Positions 62,001-64,000 of a stretch of DNA of 64,000 bases are shown piece after piece. The stretch comes from Basidiobolus meristosporus CBS 931.73 (Eukaryota; Fungi; Basidiobolomycota), in NCBI GenBank assembly GCA_002104905.1, contig MCFE01000456.1:8096-72095 (forward strand), given 5' to 3'. The translations under genes and the position numbers were made by a program. The notes below the pieces were generated by a model, which did not search any database, was not told the origin of the DNA, and saw only the letters and a list, made by a program, of their open reading frames with translations. Each line of letters begins with the position of its first letter. Position 1 is the first letter of the stretch.

Positions 62001-62290
62001 GGCATGATCAATACTTCTTAGTTGCAGGATTATGATTTTTTGATGGTCTTTTGATGGAATTATTGCCATTATTTTTCACTAAGTTTGCAAACTTGCCATT
62101 TGGCTTGCTCTAGTTAAGCTTCTTCAATTTCACTTTAGTGTGCACCAAATGGATCACTTCTTTTTTGCTGTATAACAATATGTTATCTAGACATATTACC
62201 ATAGGCCGGTTTAAGTTTCCCATGAAGAGAGTGTACATCAAGGTTATGAATGTTGCAGGGGCATTGGTGAGGCCAATACCCATGACTTGG
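59040..62290 (-). mobile_element. Ty3/Gypsy pol relic (RT-RH-IN), interrupted
   Basis: YQVMGIGLTNAPATF..LM..LF...ICLDNILLYS (RT); C..QSK...H and HQSDG (IN); TVGNVVLL...GP (IN C-terminus). RT-before-IN order is Gypsy-type. Confidence 0.75.
59719..60318. mobile_element. 600-bp foldback/MITE-like element with about 195-bp terminal inverted repeats
   Basis: Arm 59719-59915 (GATAGTGCCACATTGAGCCAT...CATGCAAAGCAGCCCCCATG...) is the diverged reverse complement of arm 60122-60318. The spacer carries GGCACTAT-like sub-repeats; no coding capacity; no TSD identified. Confidence 0.75.
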
Positions 62291-62656
62291 TGTTATGATC
62301 CACTGCTTGAATATGGAAGCTAGCTCAGTTTTTAGTCAAATCATTAGCTTTATGTTTAGTCTATCACTAGATCAGTATTCTTATCTAATCAGTGGTGTTA
62401 GTCAGCTAATGTATCAGCAGATCCATATCAGAAAGAAATTGATATATTATGTAGGTTCTAACTGTGTGGTGATGATAAAATTAAATCAGTCATCAGTCAC
62501 TACCTAGATTAGCAAATAAAATTAATCAGCAATTGATCTGGCAAATTGTTTATAGCAAATGCCAGAACCTCAATAAATATCATTACTAGTTTTAGCAAAT
62601 ATAACACCAGCTAAGCTCCTTGTTTCCCCATAATTCTTATACCAAGACTTGTAACA
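62291..62656 (-). mobile_element. Solo LTR family D inserted in Gypsy RT
   Basis: TG...CA termini, perfect 4-bp TSD TTGG (62287-62290, 62657-62660); removing it restores TAC CAA GTC ATG (YQVM). Confidence 0.85.
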
Positions 62657-62673
62657 TTGGTAGCAGCAATAAC

Positions 62674-64000
62674 TGTTGCAATTTAAGAAGTGATTTGGAT
62701 ATAAGGAACATATCAAGAAATTGTGATAATAGTTGAACTGTTATTCATTAAAAAGAAGCTCAGTATTTATACCTTTGTATAAGTAATAGAGCTATAACAC
62801 TAAGCAAGGAGGGTTTCTCCAATATTCAGGAGCATTCTCTAACAATGTCAGGGTTAGTACATAATAGTTAGTATTAGTGCTAATTTGATCCTGACTATAG
62901 GGGAATAATCATAAGATCATAGATCTAAAGAATGTGGCAAAGTTAGAGCTTTTAATTAGTCCCACAGTGACCAAGACTAGTCCAGAATTGTTAAGTAAGC
63001 TTTTAGCTGCAGAATGATACCAAATAGTCCAATATTTTAACACTCCCCCTGAACTAAATAATGTCTTAATGCTAATACCACTCTGAGATTCTCAAATTGT
63101 GACCTAGCTAGTGGCTTTGCCAATATATTTACCACCATTTTGTTAGTTGTGCAGTACACTAACTCTATCAAGTTATTTTTTACAGCTTCCCTCACAAAGT
63201 GACACAGCATATCAGTGTGCTTAGTTCTAGCATGATTAGCAGGATTTTCTAGCTGATCAAATACAACTTTGATTATCCTTGTTAATATATGTTGGTTAAT
63301 CTGAATTAAACCTAAGTCTTTAAATAATTTTTGTAGCCATATAGCCTCCTTAGTTGCTTGACATGCAGTCATATTTTCTACTCCAGTTGTAGATAGGGTC
63401 ACTGTTGGCTGTTTCTTGCAATTCCAAGTAATAGCTGCACCAGGATAATGGAATACATAACCTGTGGTAGGTGTCTGTCAATCAGATCCCTACCCCAATC
63501 TGAATCGCTACAATCATCAAATATTTGTCTATAGCTGCTCAGAGTATTGCAGTACCACATTTACGGTACTTGTAGATATCTGAAAATCCGCTTAACTGTT
63601 GCAACTTGATCTGATCTATATTTCTGCATAAATTGACTGACTATTCCAACTGCCATTGCAGTATCTGGACGTGTAGATACTATCAGGTACATTACACTAC
63701 CAACCATTGATTGATAGGGAAAGTTTTGGTCCATATTTGAGCTGTTTTCATCCAAAACTGGCTGAGACTTGCTTAATTTCAGGTTATTGTCCATAGGGGT
63801 TGCTGCAGGCTTGCAATTTCCCATTTTGAAGTGTCTAAGAGTGTCCCTGATGTACTTACACTGGTTCAGTATAAATTTCTGTGTAAGTATGACAAATTTG
63901 ACATCAACTCCAAGAAAATAGCTCAATTTTCCAAGATCTTTCATCTCAAACTTGCTGAAGAGATCTGATTTTGTCTGTCTAAGTGCCTCTTGGTCACTTG
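62674..64000 (-). mobile_element. Copia B2 3' end: RT/RNase H relic, PPT and 3' LTR (family B); continues beyond the window
   Basis: KDLGKLSYFLG, PYQSMVGSVMYL...TRPD, ACQATKEAIWL, HARTKH, ILAKPL; PPT (plus-strand CTCCCCCT) at 63043; LTR 62674-63042. Confidence 0.88.

Overview
Eukaryotic DNA, most likely from an early-diverging (zygomycete-grade) fungus. This is an inference from the ubiquitin/RPL40 sequence, the short (mostly about 50-80 nt) GT-AG introns and the gene content. The window has two very different halves. About 1-33.5 kb is a CpG-retaining gene region: a Zn-independent MDR oxidoreductase (cut by the window edge), RPL40, IPK1, an AAA_33 P-loop kinase with a His/Tyr/Gly-rich tail, a secreted HEXXH zincin-like protein, a mitochondrial oxodicarboxylate carrier, a PAP2-fold protein lacking its catalytic motifs, a GH20 beta-hexosaminidase, AP-1 mu, a PTR2 peptide transporter, a highly divergent histone H4 variant, hypothetical ORFs and a Nudix hydrolase. 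About 33.5-64 kb is an almost CpG-free nest of transposons: two young Ty1/Copia copies with intact TSDs (one full-length but mutated, one internally deleted with an open RT-RNaseH frame), older Copia and Ty3/Gypsy relics, solo LTRs of three families, a CACTA transposase relic and a 600-bp foldback element. The best leads are the H4 variant, the RT-only Copia derivative whose start codon comes from its half-tRNA primer-binding site, the hydrophobic anchor hidden in the -1 frame of the zincin gene, the PAP2 pseudophosphatase, the sharp CpG-depletion boundary and the mosaic LTRs of the two inverted Copia copies. All alignments and counts were done by eye; no database searches were run. No tRNA, rRNA or CRISPR array was found.
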